Source of the DNA: Lama guanicoe | Lineage: Eukaryota | Length of the DNA: 60,000 bases | Assembly: GCA_013239625.1 (NCBI GenBank) | Contig: MU054391.1 | Coordinates: 1,180,001 to 1,240,000 of the forward strand | Direction of reading: 5' to 3' | Shown: piece by piece, positions 14,103 to 26,600 of the stretch | Layout: each line of letters opens with the position of its first letter | How positions within the stretch are numbered: position 1 is the stretch's first letter | The notes under the pieces: generated by a model | Databases searched by the model: none | Seen by the model: the letters and a program-made list of their open reading frames with translations, nothing else | What the model was told of the DNA's origin: nothing | Translations under genes and position numbers: made by a program

Positions 14103-14154
14103 GCGGGGCTGCCTGTCCACTAGATCGCAATCAAAGTGGAAGGAAAAATAAGGT
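14103..14154 (-). pseudogene. DUF4708-like exon (last recognisable)
   Basis: ttgtaag acceptor and GTAAGT donor; TLFFLPL*LRSSGQAAP vs C18orf63 TFTYPLSCIRSQPMQFFP. Confidence 0.5.
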
Positions 14155-15217
14155 CTTACAACAATAAGATGATGAAACGGCTTCATTTTTAAATTCAATT
14201 ACTTATTTTTATTGCTCAGAGTCATTATTTCAATGCTAAGGTTATTCTAAATCGCATTTTCTTGAAGTCCCTGCTTTCACATCAAAGAGCACTTCTGGGA
14301 GGCGGTGGCTGTTTGGTCCTCGCGCAGAGATGAGTCAGGAGGGAACCCTGGGCACGGCTTTCTACCGACTTGCAGCTTGTAGGTGAGCGACCCCAGCTGT
14401 TCTCTGTAGGAGGCTCCGTGTGCGTCATCTGCAACACTCTGACTAACTCAGGGTGCCTGCGAGGCGACAGCGGTGACGCTGTCACTGGGTGGAGTGGCGG
14501 GTGGGCGGGGCTGAGCAGAGGGAGAAGTCAGAGCCATGAAGTCCCAAGTCCCTCGCACCCGTGAGCCGCCATCTCTGGGGCATGAAATGGGGAGCGGCGC
14601 ATGTCAGGCTGTCCCGGGAGCCCGTGGAAGTTTGTCCCAAGTTCAAACTCTCAGGCCCCACCCAGAGCTGCTGACTCGGAGCAGGGCCCCGTCGAGGTCA
14701 GCGATTTGGGAGGCAGGGCTGGGCTATGTCCAGTGTCAGTGACAGCTGGTGAGTAAAATATCTCTACTGAGCTGCCTGGCCCAGCCTCAGAGCCATCACC
14801 GCCCCGTGGGCTGCCCTGCTCAGGCCGTCCGCTCAGGGGAGAAGCTGGACCAGAAGGAGGTTGCCACGTCCAGGCTGGGGCTGTCTTCCCAACCCCACCA
14901 GCCACAGGCGTGGAGACCATGACGCGGGCGTGGGGCCTGGGGTTGGCCTCCCGAGGGGTCAGCAGACCCGCTCTGGCAGCGGGGGAAGGCCCCACTGGAC
15001 ACTCAGCTCCAGGGCTTGGGCTTGTTCCACAGGGTCCTCAGAGAGCACGTGGGTGTCCCTCTCCCAGGTCACGCCAAAAAATGCATGTTACTCTTCTATT
15101 TCTTGGCAAAACATCGCAGGAAAAGTGCGGCCTGGTTGTTTGAGTCTTCCTGCTGCCGCCTGTGTCTGTCTGCACCCTCGGGACTGAACCGTGCAGCTCC
15201 GCTGGTTCAGTGAACAC

Positions 15218-15404
15218 CTGTGCAGTGGATTTTGTCTTGCAGTCTGTATGGGGAAAGCTCATTCCAAAGGACCACCTTGTGGAAGGTGATCAAGTGTCGG
15301 TTACGTGCAAGGTACGTGTTAAACACAGGATGTGACCAACCTACTCCTCCTACGACGGAAATGTTCTCATGGTCTACTATGTGCAAGAAGACAAGTTTAT
15401 TTTT
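15218..15404 (-). pseudogene. DUF4708-like exon, still open (PAZ-like segment)
   Basis: KNKLVFLHIVDHENISVVGGVGWSHPVFNTYLARNRHLITFHKVVLWNELSPYRLQDKIHCT; FNTY~FHSY, WNELSPYRL~WDALYGYKL, KIHC~KIYC. Confidence 0.7.
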
Positions 15405-15639
15405 CTAAATTGAACTCATGATGTGTGAATATCGTTTGCTTTGAACCCCACGGCAACAGGGCGCTGCCTGCCCTGGCCCTGAACATATCTGGGGCATGGG
15501 AGCCAAGGACCGTGACCTTATTCTCAAACACATGCTGGTGGAGGATGTGAGTCCGGGACAAGGACATCAGTGAGTCTGACGGAGGAAACACAGGCTGGGG
15601 TTGGTACCAAGTGCTGAATATAAAGCCTGTCGACCCACT

Positions 15640-16632
15640 GGGGGGCTGGCCTGGGGCCCGGGGAGTCCTGGGGCTGGTGCCTGCCCACTGGAGGGTGTGG
15701 CTGGTTCCTGGGCGAGGGCGGGTCCACTGATGTGTGGAGCTGGGTCCCAGGGCCTCTGGCTGCAGGGCACTAGGGGTACCAGAGCTAGTGCCAGCAGCAC
15801 AGAGCCGTGTGGGCCCGGCTCTGGGACCGTCTGGTGGTCAGGGCAGGGCTCGGGGGCAGCAGTGAGTTCAGGGGCATCCTGAGGGAGCAGGCCTGCCCAT
15901 CAGTGGGGCTGTGTCCCCACTAGGCTATTTCCTTGGCCTGAGGCATCCAAGGACTGGTGCCCACAGGTTCTGGGCAGGGGCAGGGCTGGGTCTGAGGCCA
16001 GGAAGCTGGCGGGAGGGTTCCAGAATGGTGCTTGTCAGCACCTATGTCCACACAGTAGCAGGAGCTCCCAGAAAAGGCCCCCGCCAGCATCCATGTCCCC
16101 GGGGTGAGGTCCAGCTGCCTCTGACTTCCCTGGGGACTCTCCAAGATCAACAGGAGGGCCTGTCCCAGGCTCCCTCCAGATGACGGCTTCTGCCCTGGGT
16201 CCCGGGGCAGGTGAGACTTCGTGCGGCCCTTTAAGAATGGAGTCTCTGCTTCTCCCCCCAGCCCTCTGGGGCTCCTGAAAGCAAGCCCTGCCAGCCTTCA
16301 AAGCTGAATCTCCTGGGGCCCATCCTCCCCGCACGGGACGCCCAGGCCGGGAAGCCCGCACGGGGCCAGACCCCTCACTCCTGGGGGGAGCCGTGCGGCT
16401 GTGATCAGCCTCCGTTTGCGGGTCGCTCACCCTGGGGTGGGGGTCCCGACTGCACCGTGACTCCACCCCTCCCGTCGGCTCGTGTTTCCTTCTTTATCTT
16501 TAGTTGCAGGAGATTCTTCCTGCTTGTTTTCCATCCTTCTCATTAATCGCTGGTCTCTAAGTAGCTGTGATGTGGATGTGCCTGCGGGAGGAGCTGAGCC
16601 CGGGGCTTCCTACTCTGTCCCCTTGGCCACCT
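15640..16632 (-). mobile_element. LINE-1 5'UTR fragment (laurasiatherian type)
   Basis: gccctttaagaatggagtctctg...ggagctgagcccggggcttcctactc...cttggcc matches an L1 5' end in antisense. Confidence 0.8.
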
Positions 16633-16639
16633 CCTCTGG

Positions 16640-16785
16640 GGCCCTTCCTAAGGGCACTAACCTCACCTTAGGGCTGCACCCGCATGACTTCATCACCTCC
16701 CAGGGACCCCACCTCTTACTACCAACACACGGGGGTTAGGTGTCCAACACACGAATCTGAGGGGCAGAAGCACTGAGACGCAGCT
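16640..16785 (-). mobile_element. MaLR MLT1A-like LTR fragment
   Basis: catcacctcccagggaccccacctcttactaccaacac...gggggttagg. Confidence 0.7.
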
Positions 16786-17424
16786 CCGGGGACATGGAAG
16801 TGCTCTACACCGCGCAGGTGTCTGACTCCTTCTCCTGGGGACGCCTTCTCTGCCCTCGCGACAGCCTTCGTGCACACCACTCCGGAAGAACAGGAGAACG
16901 GCTGGGTCGGGGGCTTGTGCCGGACCAGCCGCCTGTTCAGTCCTCAGTAAAGAGCAGAGGCGAGCGCGGGTCTGACGGGCGGGGACAGAACTGATGAGCT
17001 GATGAGAGCGCCTGTTCGTGTGCCGAGATTTCCTGCCTCTCCCAAACCCACAGCCCCGGGTCGGGGGCCCCTAGGCACGTGCACAACAGGCCAGGGCGAG
17101 CGAGCACCCGCCCCCCTGGGGGCGGGGTGTTCGTCTGCCTGCCCTCGCAGCAGGTCTGGACCCCACGGCGCTTCACGTGGGGCTTCCACCTCTGCGTCCC
17201 TGCCACCCAGGACCGAGCTGCAAACAACGTGGGACTCAGTCATTTCTCGGTAAATAAACGGATGAACAAAATAAAGATCCGGAGATGACAGTGATCATCG
17301 AAAGCTGTGTTTATACCCCTGCAGGCAGCTGTGAGCTACCCGACAGAAAACACGCATCAGATACACTGCGGATGAAGAGAACCTGCGGGTGGGGGAGGGG
17401 AGGGGAACAAAGCAAAGGACTTGC

Positions 17425-17575
17425 GCTTTGTCTCAGCAAGAAAGGTTTAGAATTCATCGGGAAGAACCTTCTTAATCTAAAGGCTTCCAAGAACACACTG
17501 AAAAACAAATTCTTAAGTAAAAAGAAGTGGCAACTGTATTTGAGAAATTTTTCCAAAAAATTGAGTTTTTTCCTC
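17425..17575 (-). pseudogene. DUF4708-like exon
   Basis: ctcag acceptor and GCAAGT donor; EKTQFFGKISQIQLPLLFT*EF vs TETQ...TIRLPAPELKEF (IxLPxxxxxEF spacing kept; stop TAA falls at the K position). Confidence 0.6.
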
Positions 17576-19109
17576 CTGAGGCCAAAGAGGGCAAAGTACC
17601 AACCTTGGCTGAGATTCCACACATGCACACACACAGGCACACACACGTGCACACACACTCACGCAGGCGTGCCCGACCTCTCCCCACATTCTCTGGCCCC
17701 ACAGTTAATACAAATACTTGCATTAACAAATTCGTGCAGACCCACTCCCAGCCAGAGTGAAATGAAACAGTAGATCAATCAGTGCTGAATTCCCAAGACA
17801 GATCCCTAAGACACCCAGGAGTGGTGTCCCCTGGAGCCCCGCCCCCACCACCAAAAAGGCAGACGTGATGGGGCTGGGCCTCGCCTCGTCTCTGGCTTCA
17901 GGGCGCGCTGGGGAGAAAGGCTCTGGGGCTGAGGGCCGCAGAAGCCGCATGGTTCACTTGCTTCCCGGCCCATCTTGCCTTTTCCCCTAAGCTGGAAAAG
18001 GCAGAAGAACATGGGAAAACACACACTCACAGTTGGGCCGAACATAATCAGAAAAAGTCCGTGAAGCATCCCTAGCCTGGAATCACGAGCTTTATTAACT
18101 CTAATTAGAGGTTCGGGGAAAAAAATTTTAATGGAGCTCTTTTAAGACGAGCACCGCCGAAAGTTCTGTTTTGACAGAAGCCACATCCCGGCGGCGTTAA
18201 CCGCGTTTCGGACACTGAAACAGCGCTGTTGACAGGTGGCAGCGCAAACCTGCGCCGGAGGCGTCACATCAGTGTCCGCAAACCCTGGAGGCCCTCCGCG
18301 AGGGAGCAGCCAGCACGTCGCGTCCAAGAGGCCACTTCCCAGGCGCGCCTGCGTCTCTGCCTTCGCCGTTGCAGCTTTCATTTCCTCCTCCCTGGGAACG
18401 GCCGCTGCGTCGCGGGTCCTGAGGGGTCTTGCTGAGATCAGCGGAAGCTACTTCACGTTCTTCTCCAGCACAAGAGTCACAGCCTAATGTCCCAAACCCA
18501 GAGGTGCTATTTTTTTTAAACACCCAAGGCAGAAACCAGAAGCACCGCTACATGCAAATAGCGCCATGCCCGACGTGGGCCAACCTGGGCGCATGCCTTT
18601 CTCCTCTCCCGAAATGCGCTGCCGGGTGACCTGGCTTAACGGGAATGAGGAAATAACCATATTTGAGACCGCTAGTCCCTAGTCTGCGGCGTGTACACAC
18701 GTGCATACCCGTGAGTAATCTGTCTTTTAAAGCAAGTTTGTTTTTCAAGTTAATTTTCCAAACACTAAAACGTTTCCCTTTAAGGGAAATCTCAGGAGTT
18801 GGGATTGAAAGCATTTCTCCATGTGGCTGTAAAGACATGAACTAAACACACACATGCACACACACAAGTCCACAGGCACACAAACGCACGCTTGTGCAGC
18901 AAATGCACACACTAATGCACGTGTGTTACACATGTGTGCATGCTTGTACACGCAGGCACACAGGCGTGTAGTTTTGATCGGGGTCACCCCACTGCCGGGC
19001 ATCCTGGGGTTCCACGTCCCTCACCTTCCCCAGCCCTCACCTCTGTCACCCGCACTACCACTTCCCCTCCTCAGCACCCCCATCCTTCTGTGCATTTCAT
19101 TTCTGGAAT

Positions 19110-19840
19110 GGAAATCTGCACACCCTTACACAAAAAATACCTGAAAATACATCACAGGTTTAACTATAAAACTACACAACTTTTAGAAGGAAACCCAGGA
19201 TTAGCTCCTTACATAGCATCCCAAGCACGAGTCCCAAGAGGAAACCTGGATCATCTGGACTTTAGGAAAATTAGAAATACTTTTCTGTGCAAAAGACCCT
19301 GCTGGGCAGATGAAAGACTTGAAGAAAGTGTGCAGGTCTCCAGCTCCACAGAGGACTGTATCCAGAACATTCGAGGAACCTCAGAACTGAGCATAAGGAA
19401 AGGAGCAGACCCGCCAGATGATGAGCAAGAGACCTGGACAGACGTCCTCCCAGGAGGACGTACAGACGGCAAACAGGCGTGGCAACAGAGACGCACACCC
19501 TCAGCTGTTAGGGAAACGCAGATTAAAGCCGCGACAGGTCCCACCGCACACCCCTCAGAAAGGCGAAAATGGGAAATGGCCGTCACAGCACGTGCCGGCG
19601 AGGACACAGAGGAGTCCGATGTCGCTGGTGGGGACACACAGGGGCCCCAGCGGCAACGGCCCACAGTCCCTTGTAATGTTCAGTGTGACCTTGCCCTGGG
19701 ATCCCTGCTCCTGCTCCTGAGAACGCAAGCAAGAGAAATCAACACATTCACACAAAAATCCGTGGGTGAAGATTTACAGCAGCTGTGGTCATTACCACCA
19801 AAACCTGGGAAAGAAAGCACCTGTCCTTCCACAGGTGTGT
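19110..19840 (+). mobile_element. Old LINE-1 (L1M) ORF2 3' fragment, GC-shifted
   Basis: aaaactacacaacttttagaaggaaac, cttttctgtgcaaaagac, gttagggaaacgcagattaaagcc. Confidence 0.8.
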
Positions 19841-20532
19841 GGACACTTGGGGCCCACGGGGAGGACGCTGCCCTTCCTGCGGGAGGAGCCGTGGGTGAAC
19901 AAGCCAGTCTCATAGGGCCACACGCTGTATCATTCCATCGTTTCCTTTCATCACATGATGTTCTCAAGGCCCCTGTGCAGAGTGGATTCTCAATGACGTG
20001 CCACGAATGCATGTGCATAGAAAGTGCACCATGAGTATTTGTTGAATAAACAAACCAGCACTGAAACATTTCCATACTGAAGACAGACAGACAAGGAGGG
20101 GCCAACGGAGGTCCCGTTCCCGGGGTTGGGGAGCTCGGCCCAGGGCTGAGCCCGAGGAGGGGACGGAGGAGGGGATGGGCTGGACGGGCAGGTCCTGACG
20201 AGGACACTCAGGAGAGCCTGCCTCCTTCCTCCTCTCTCTTCCGTCTCTCAGTCTTTCCCAGAACGCCGCTCTCATCTCAACCCCCTGCCGAGCCCCGCTC
20301 CTTGCACAGAGACGTGTACATGCGTTGGACAAGGACCTGTGGGAGTGTCACACGTGCCAATGAATGATGCTCAGGGACATAAGTACCACCTGGGATAGAA
20401 AGTTTGACTCTGGCAACACACACCGCAGGAGGTGGGAGGGCAGGGGAGGGACCCCGCTCACCCTGGGCGGCGCAGCGAGGGAGCCCACATCAGCATCACA
20501 CTGCTTTGTTTTTCTCACCTTTCTTCAATAGG

Positions 20533-20678
20533 GTTTTTTTTCTATTAGTTTAGGGTTTTTTGGGGGTGGAGGTAATTAGGTTTATTTAGTTAAATTTTTT
20601 TAATGGCAGTACTGGGGACTGAACCCAGGACCTTGTGCAGGCTAAGCACGCGCTCTACTGCTGAGCCCTACCCTCCCC
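20533..20678 (-). mobile_element. Camelid tRNA-derived SINE (vic-1 type)
   Basis: Minus strand ggggagggtagggctcagcagtagagcgcgtgcttagcctgcacaaggtcctgggttcagtccccagtact followed by an aaataaacctaattacctcc tail. Confidence 0.88.
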
Positions 20679-20786
20679 GTTAGACTCTTTTTCACTGCAG
20701 TGCAGTCAGTCTACAGAGTTGAGCATCGCTGTCTTGAATTCGTGTGACCTTGTGGCAGCTTTAGCATCTGACTGACCAAGGCCCAC

Positions 20787-20958
20787 ATTCCTCTGATTTT
20801 TTCAAATTTTTAGAGAAGCCTCAGCTATCTGAGGGTCACTGAGAGCATTACTGCCTAGCACGTTTGATTCAAATTACATTTCACTCACAATTATTCACAA
20901 CAAACTCATGTGGGTATCATATTAGACGTGACTATAGCAAGATATCTGGGGAAACGTC
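20787..20958 (-). pseudogene. DUF4708-like exon
   Basis: DVSPDIL~RVIPVIL; *NVI*~WNRTG; LGSNALSDPQIAEASLKI~QGRDFLSQMGKQSAVVLNI; joins the preceding exon in phase 0 with ungapped register. Confidence 0.65.
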
Positions 20959-21516
20959 CTACCTTTCAAAGCTCATGTTAACTCCACTGAAGAACTTAAA
21001 AGTAGGAGGAGGCGCCCACGGCAGGAACACATCCGGCCGGGGGCAGGGGGCCGTCGTGGCAGGATCACCAGGACCCCGCACCGGCCCCCAGCATGCCCCG
21101 AGTCCTCGCAGCAACCCCCGGTTCCCAAACTGGGCTGCACTGGGCCGCACTGGGCCCGGGTGGGATCTGCAGGCCCCGGACTGGAAGGGGGTGCGGCCTG
21201 TGGCGTTCGGGCTCCCTCCTGCTCACCGCACAGGGCGGCTGGGAATCGCTGAAGCGGGCATGGCTGATCCCCCTGCCCCCACTTCGTACCTGAGAAACCT
21301 GAAGTTCGCCGGCACACAGGGAGGGCCTCAGCCCTAAAACCCACAAAGGCACAGGGCTGAGAGTCAGGCCAGGACTTCTGAGTCCAGACAGAAGCCATTG
21401 GCCCCGTGGCTCTGAGACCCAGTCTGGTTTGACTTCCTAACTTGCCACAGCTTCTCACCCCTAACAGAGACACGTGCGTTTTGTTGTTGTAATAACTGAG
21501 CCCTGAGATGACTTAC

Positions 21517-21639
21517 AGGGAGCTTGTTAATCCTGAATACGTACTTCCCCATTTTTGTGGCCAGTTTGGATGTGGACCAGCAGCGAATGAAGCGTCACCC
21601 CAGCGGTATTTCGGGCTCTCAGTGGAGTCAGACTGAGGG
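21517..21639 (-). pseudogene. DUF4708-like exon
   Basis: GTAAGT donor; SKLATKMGKYVFRINKLP vs RKLNAYVEKYGAKMEAPQ. Confidence 0.62.
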
Positions 21640-22423
21640 CTTTGTTCATTGGTGGCAGGAATGCGGCCAGGCCACGGTTTATGTTCCCGAGCACCCCGTG
21701 GGCTGGAGGCTGGAAGGCCACACCAGAGACACAACTGCAGCAGGGACAAAAGCCGTGGACTTTTCACCCAGTCCGACACCTGTAAGGTGGCCGGCTTATC
21801 AGCCCTCACCCCTCCTTCAGGAGGCCACAGGCTAACAGGAAAACACCAGAACAGCCGGGCAAGCATCCTTCCTCACCTTCGAGCCGTAGACGAGTGCCCT
21901 GCCCTGGCCACCCCACTCTGGATCCAGACCTGTTCCCGTGTGTCCCTCAGACAGAGGCTGGACGCTGCCCCGCCGGTGTGGACCCCCAACCTCCCAGTCC
22001 CACTGATGTTCCCACTCGGCCCCACCCAGGCTCCGGAGCACGCGTCCCCGCGTGACCCTGTGCGCAGAGTTGTTCCCTACAAGCTTCAGCGACCTCAGGG
22101 GGCTGGACACTCTGCACCCGGCTTTGAAATGACCGAGACGCCTTTTTCCAGACAGGAGCAGCGTCCAGCCCGAGCGCCCGCAGCGGCTGAGCACAGGCGC
22201 CCGCAAGTCCCTCCACACAGGTTTCCCCATCACCCCTTTAAAATTTCAAGAAGTGCATACGTTACGCACTTAACGTACCACGGTGTCAAAAACACCAACA
22301 CCCGAGAAGCACATTGGGAAACAAGGCACACATCACGTCACCGCGAGCGGCTTCCTGTTTAGTGAAGCCTGTGCTGTCAAGTTGGCGTGTGGCTGTTACA
22401 GGCAGCAGCACCACCAAGCTAAC

Positions 22424-22542
22424 ATGATCGTTTCACAATTGTTCTTTATTTCTTTGTTCAGGATGATCAGATCGCATCAGTCTGAGAATAGCCAAGCTGC
22501 AGACAGCACAGACACGGACGTTATCTATTTTCGGAAAATTTT
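22424..22542 (-). pseudogene. DUF4708-like exon (domain start)
   Basis: Phase-1 join with the 23159 exon gives GQQSCLDLT-ENFPKIDNVRVCAV...EQRNKEQL vs RQQSLFFITLPDLNKLCAV...EIRTIQM. Confidence 0.6.
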
Positions 22543-24824
22543 CTTAAAACACGAGGAGTTTTTAACAAACTCCAAGGTGGCCCCACCTCCCGGGGTCACG
22601 CCCTGCGTCGCCCCCTCGCACTCTGTGCGGGGGTTGGTCTGACGGACAGCACGCGGCCACGGTCTGGATGTCACTGCGGAGAGTACGTCACGAAAGACTC
22701 CTCCTCCCACCTCCGTGCCCCCCCCATCACGTGCTCGGGCAACGCCCGCCGCCGTGTGAGGCACTCAAGCAGCTCTGGGGAGACACAGGCGCTGAGGACC
22801 CTGCAGGCGGCAGTGAGGCCGCGGGAACGGGCTGAGAGGAGGCTGCTGAGCCCCGGCTGTCCAGGGTGATGCCTGCTGCCCGCCTGGCCGCAGCCGGCGC
22901 CCCGTCTGCAACCAGAAGCCCCGAGCCCGCTCCCAGATGCCTGACCGTCAGAAACTGTCAGGTGACAGCACACGTGTGTTGTTCTGAGCGGCTCAGTTTG
23001 GGATTAAGTGCTGACCCAGCCCTAGACAACGATCGGCCGTGTGTAACGGAAAACTCGAGGCTGAATCGCGCTGAGCCGAGACGCGGCCATACCCCCCATC
23101 GGCGGTCAGCGCCGTGACCCCGAGTCTGTGCTCGTCCCCGTGCGCCCGGTCACGGCACCTGTAAGATCCAAACAACTCTGCTGGCCTCTGAGCACGGCCG
23201 TCAGGACTCCAGGTGCGTCTGCACGGCAGATCTCTCCGAGACGTGACGGCCTCTAATCTCACGACTACGTCATCGAGCGTCCCTGACGCTGTGGCTCCGT
23301 GGAAAGGCGCTCTCTGCCCGGCCGCTGTGCCGGTTCATTGAAGTCGCGCTTGCGGATAGGGCTGTCTTTGTTCTCAGACCCATGAAATCGGACTTAGTGA
23401 AATCTTACTGATTCTCATAGGAGTCAAAACGTTATTTTTCCTAATAAAAGAAATAGCTTCCACTTCCTGAGACTCCGCCACTCGGCACACGGTGTCTGAG
23501 CCTGTGTGCCTGTAACACGCGTCCCTCGAATTTCCGTCTGAGCTCTCTCGCCGCCCCTTTGCGGGCTTCCCAGTCAGCACCTGCGCTTGTCCTGGAGGAA
23601 AACTCCGGCAGCACGGGGCTCTGTGCTCACATTCAGATGGCGATGAGACGGTCACTTAAGTCACGAAGTGGCTCAGTTCAGAAGTAAGAGTGTCCAGACT
23701 AAATACTGAGGGAGACAGCAAATCTGATTTAATGTCACACTGTCCCTCGCCACGTCCCCACCTCGCCATCTGCAGGGGGAGGGGCTTCTCTGTCTGGGTG
23801 TCTCCCTCCCCCTCCACCAGCTTATAGCCGCCTTGGGACCCCTCCGACCCCGGAGCAGGGGAAGCCGGGGTGATGAGGAACAGAAACCAGTTTTACTGAA
23901 CTTGTACTGTGCTAGACTGGCTTCCCACTCTGTGTTTGACAGATTCCTGCGGACACTTCTGAGCACATTTTTGGGGATGAGTCTTGCTGGGACGTCTGCC
24001 CTGCTGTTCCTTCTACTGGTGGGTGAATCTATTCTGGGAGGCTGACGCTGCCCATCCCCCACTGTCCCCGGGAAGCTGGTGCCCACCTCCAGCTTCTTGG
24101 TGCCAGAGCACCTCTGTCCTCCAGGCAGATCTTCCGGAGAACTTCATGGGCCACCCCGTCTCGGCCTCTCCACCCCTTTGCACCGTGTACCAAAGTCAGT
24201 TCTTCCTGCAGGAAACTCAGGGCGTGGGTAAGCCCGACTCCACACAGAAGCAGAAGGCGGCTGGGATCCCAGGCCTGAGACGGGCACCGGGAGCGTCTCA
24301 ACCTCAGGGGACACGGCCCGAGTTCCCTCTGACGTCCCCCCGGCTGGGATCAGGACAGCACGACGCTGCAGCGTTACACCTGCCCCCGTGCCCCGCCCCC
24401 GCCGACCAGTTTACACTTAGAGTTAGTGAGGGCGCTCGGAGAGGAGGGGTTGCTCTGAAAGATTTCCTTCATTACAACCCTCCTGGGGCCCTGTCACCCT
24501 TGCCCTGGGGTCGGGCACTTCCGTTGACAAGAGGCAGGAAGACTTCCATTTTAAGACCCTACTTCATGCCCGAGGCACCAGCCCCGTGACGTGAATTTAG
24601 CATAACATTCAATGTATGTAAGAGCAGCCTGCCAGGGCGGTTCACTGGTCTCCATTCACATGTAAGAACCTCAGAGGGAAGCAGGTAACTTGCTTCAGGC
24701 CACACAGGCGCCCGGGGGCAGGGCTGACTCTCAGGCCCAAGACTGCGTTAGTCCGCAAGCGCGCCTGTGCACGGGGCCCGAGATGCCCAAGTGTGAAGGG
24801 CATCGCCGTCACCTGATGCGATGG

Positions 24825-24955
24825 GTCCCCCCACCACTCCTGGAGCGTCTCGTCTCCGCAGCAGGTCTGGGGCGGGGCCCGGACCCTGCATTTCTAAAGA
24901 GTCTCCAGGTGGTGCTGCTGCCCTTGGTCTAAAAGCCACACTTTGAGAACCAGAG
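24825..24955. mobile_element. MER5A DNA transposon fragment
   Basis: caggtctggggcggggccc...ctgcatttctaaagagtctccaggtggtgctg...ccacactttgagaacca. Confidence 0.85.
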
Positions 24956-26494
24956 CGTCACACCAGCCTGGCCTCCCTGGAGAAACACCTCCCCTCTCCC
25001 TTCCCCCTCCACAGACCTGCTGAGGCAGCGGCCAGCCCCAGCCTGTTTCTTACCGGGGACCACGTTGGGAACTGGCGTCTTCACCTGCGGGTGCCCGCCT
25101 GGGTGGCTCTGCCGGAGACCAGGCTGAGCAGATGGGCAAGAACAGGTCACCGTGGGTCCCAGGTGCGCTTGGGGGCACAGGTGACGGAGGACAGCTAATT
25201 GGCCTTTGTGACGACGAGACGCTTGTTAAGGTTTTCCCGGGGGCGGGGGGGGTGCGGAGGGAAGCTCAGACGCGTGGTTTAAAAGGTCACAACGGAAACA
25301 AGCTGCATTCCCCGTTCACCCAGACACGTGTTTACCTGAGGAAGGCACACTGGGCACAAACGCTTCACCAGGCGTGTTGGTGACAATGTGATGTGATTTC
25401 AGTCACTGCGACGCTCCACCGTGCAGACCCTAAGGCACCCCACCCCGAAGGAGGCGCCTGCGTTCTACTGCTCACCGGCTGCTTAAGGGTCACACACGCA
25501 GGTTGGAGAAGAAAAATAAATAAATAAGTGAAAAAACAGGGTAATTTAATTTTGAAACTGTGAGTATTCATTTGGAATAAGCCAATTTATAAAGCTGGAA
25601 GTGACAAGCTCAAATTAAATGTATTTCCCCTTTATTGCTGTTTTCCTACACCCTCATCAGCCAATTACACTCTCAAATCACTTAGCAGAAGGATCATCTT
25701 TACTCTCTTTTAAAGGAGATAAATTCTTCTTAAAAATCCATCTTAATGTCTGATTGACAGCTAATTTACATGTGTCTTTATCATGTTTCCTGAGTTTTCT
25801 CCATAAGATTTCCATCCAGGACCTCTGCATCTGGGCGCAGGGGAAGCGCCTCTTACGAGAACTGAGAAACATCGGACGGTTTCTAGAAACCGGCCCCCGC
25901 GTCAGGGCTGCACACTCGGAAACGTCTCTGTGTTTACAAATATCGTAAGTGGTGCTGTGCCTTCGAGGGCACAGACCAGCAAGATGACTGAAGGTCAAAT
26001 CAAACACCAAACCGGCTGAGTGTCTGCTCCCGGCCACACAACAGCACTCATCTCCTGTTCACAGCGAAGCAATCCGATCCAACTTTACAAGTGGATTAAG
26101 TGTACGTTATACTTGCATTGTGCTGTTTCACTCAGCCTGTAATCCTGCTCAGAGACAGCAAGCCAGGGGCGTCCTCCCGGCACCGTGAACGTGGCGGACA
26201 CGCACGGAGGAGGGGGCACAGGTGGGAGACCCCGCGGGGGTTCAAGCTGACCGGTGCCCACCTGCCTGGGTGGGCTGCTCACCACTTCTGTCTTTGCCAA
26301 AGTTCTGCCTTCAGCTTGGCCTTTGATTTTGAGGGCTTCCTTCGCGGTGGGAGGCCCTGAGCCCCGGAGGCTGCCGAGGGCGTCTGGGAGCACCGCTGCG
26401 GATTGTAGAAGACACAGCGCAGGGGGCCCAGCGAGGAGAAGGGGGCCCCTTCCCACCACCCCTCCACCCTCAGCCGTGCCGGACTCCACCCCTG

Positions 26495-26600
26495 CCGTCA
26501 CCTTGCTGGGGGACCCCCGGGTCTGTTTCCTCATCTCTAAGTTAGGAAGGATGATGCCTACCACACAGGATTATTGGAGTGATGAAAACTACGCGGAGCA
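26495..26600. mobile_element. MIR SINE remnant
   Basis: gtctgtttcctcatctctaagttaggaaggatgatgcctacc. Confidence 0.65.

Noticed and set aside
18934..20034. Longest ORF (366 aa)
   Set aside because: Overlaps a decayed, GC-shifted L1 ORF2 fragment and a CA-rich tract; no coherent protein.
22461..22576. Plus-strand exon with a strong acceptor (tttctttgttcag)
   Set aside because: No partner exons; the minus-strand reading fits the DUF4708 series.
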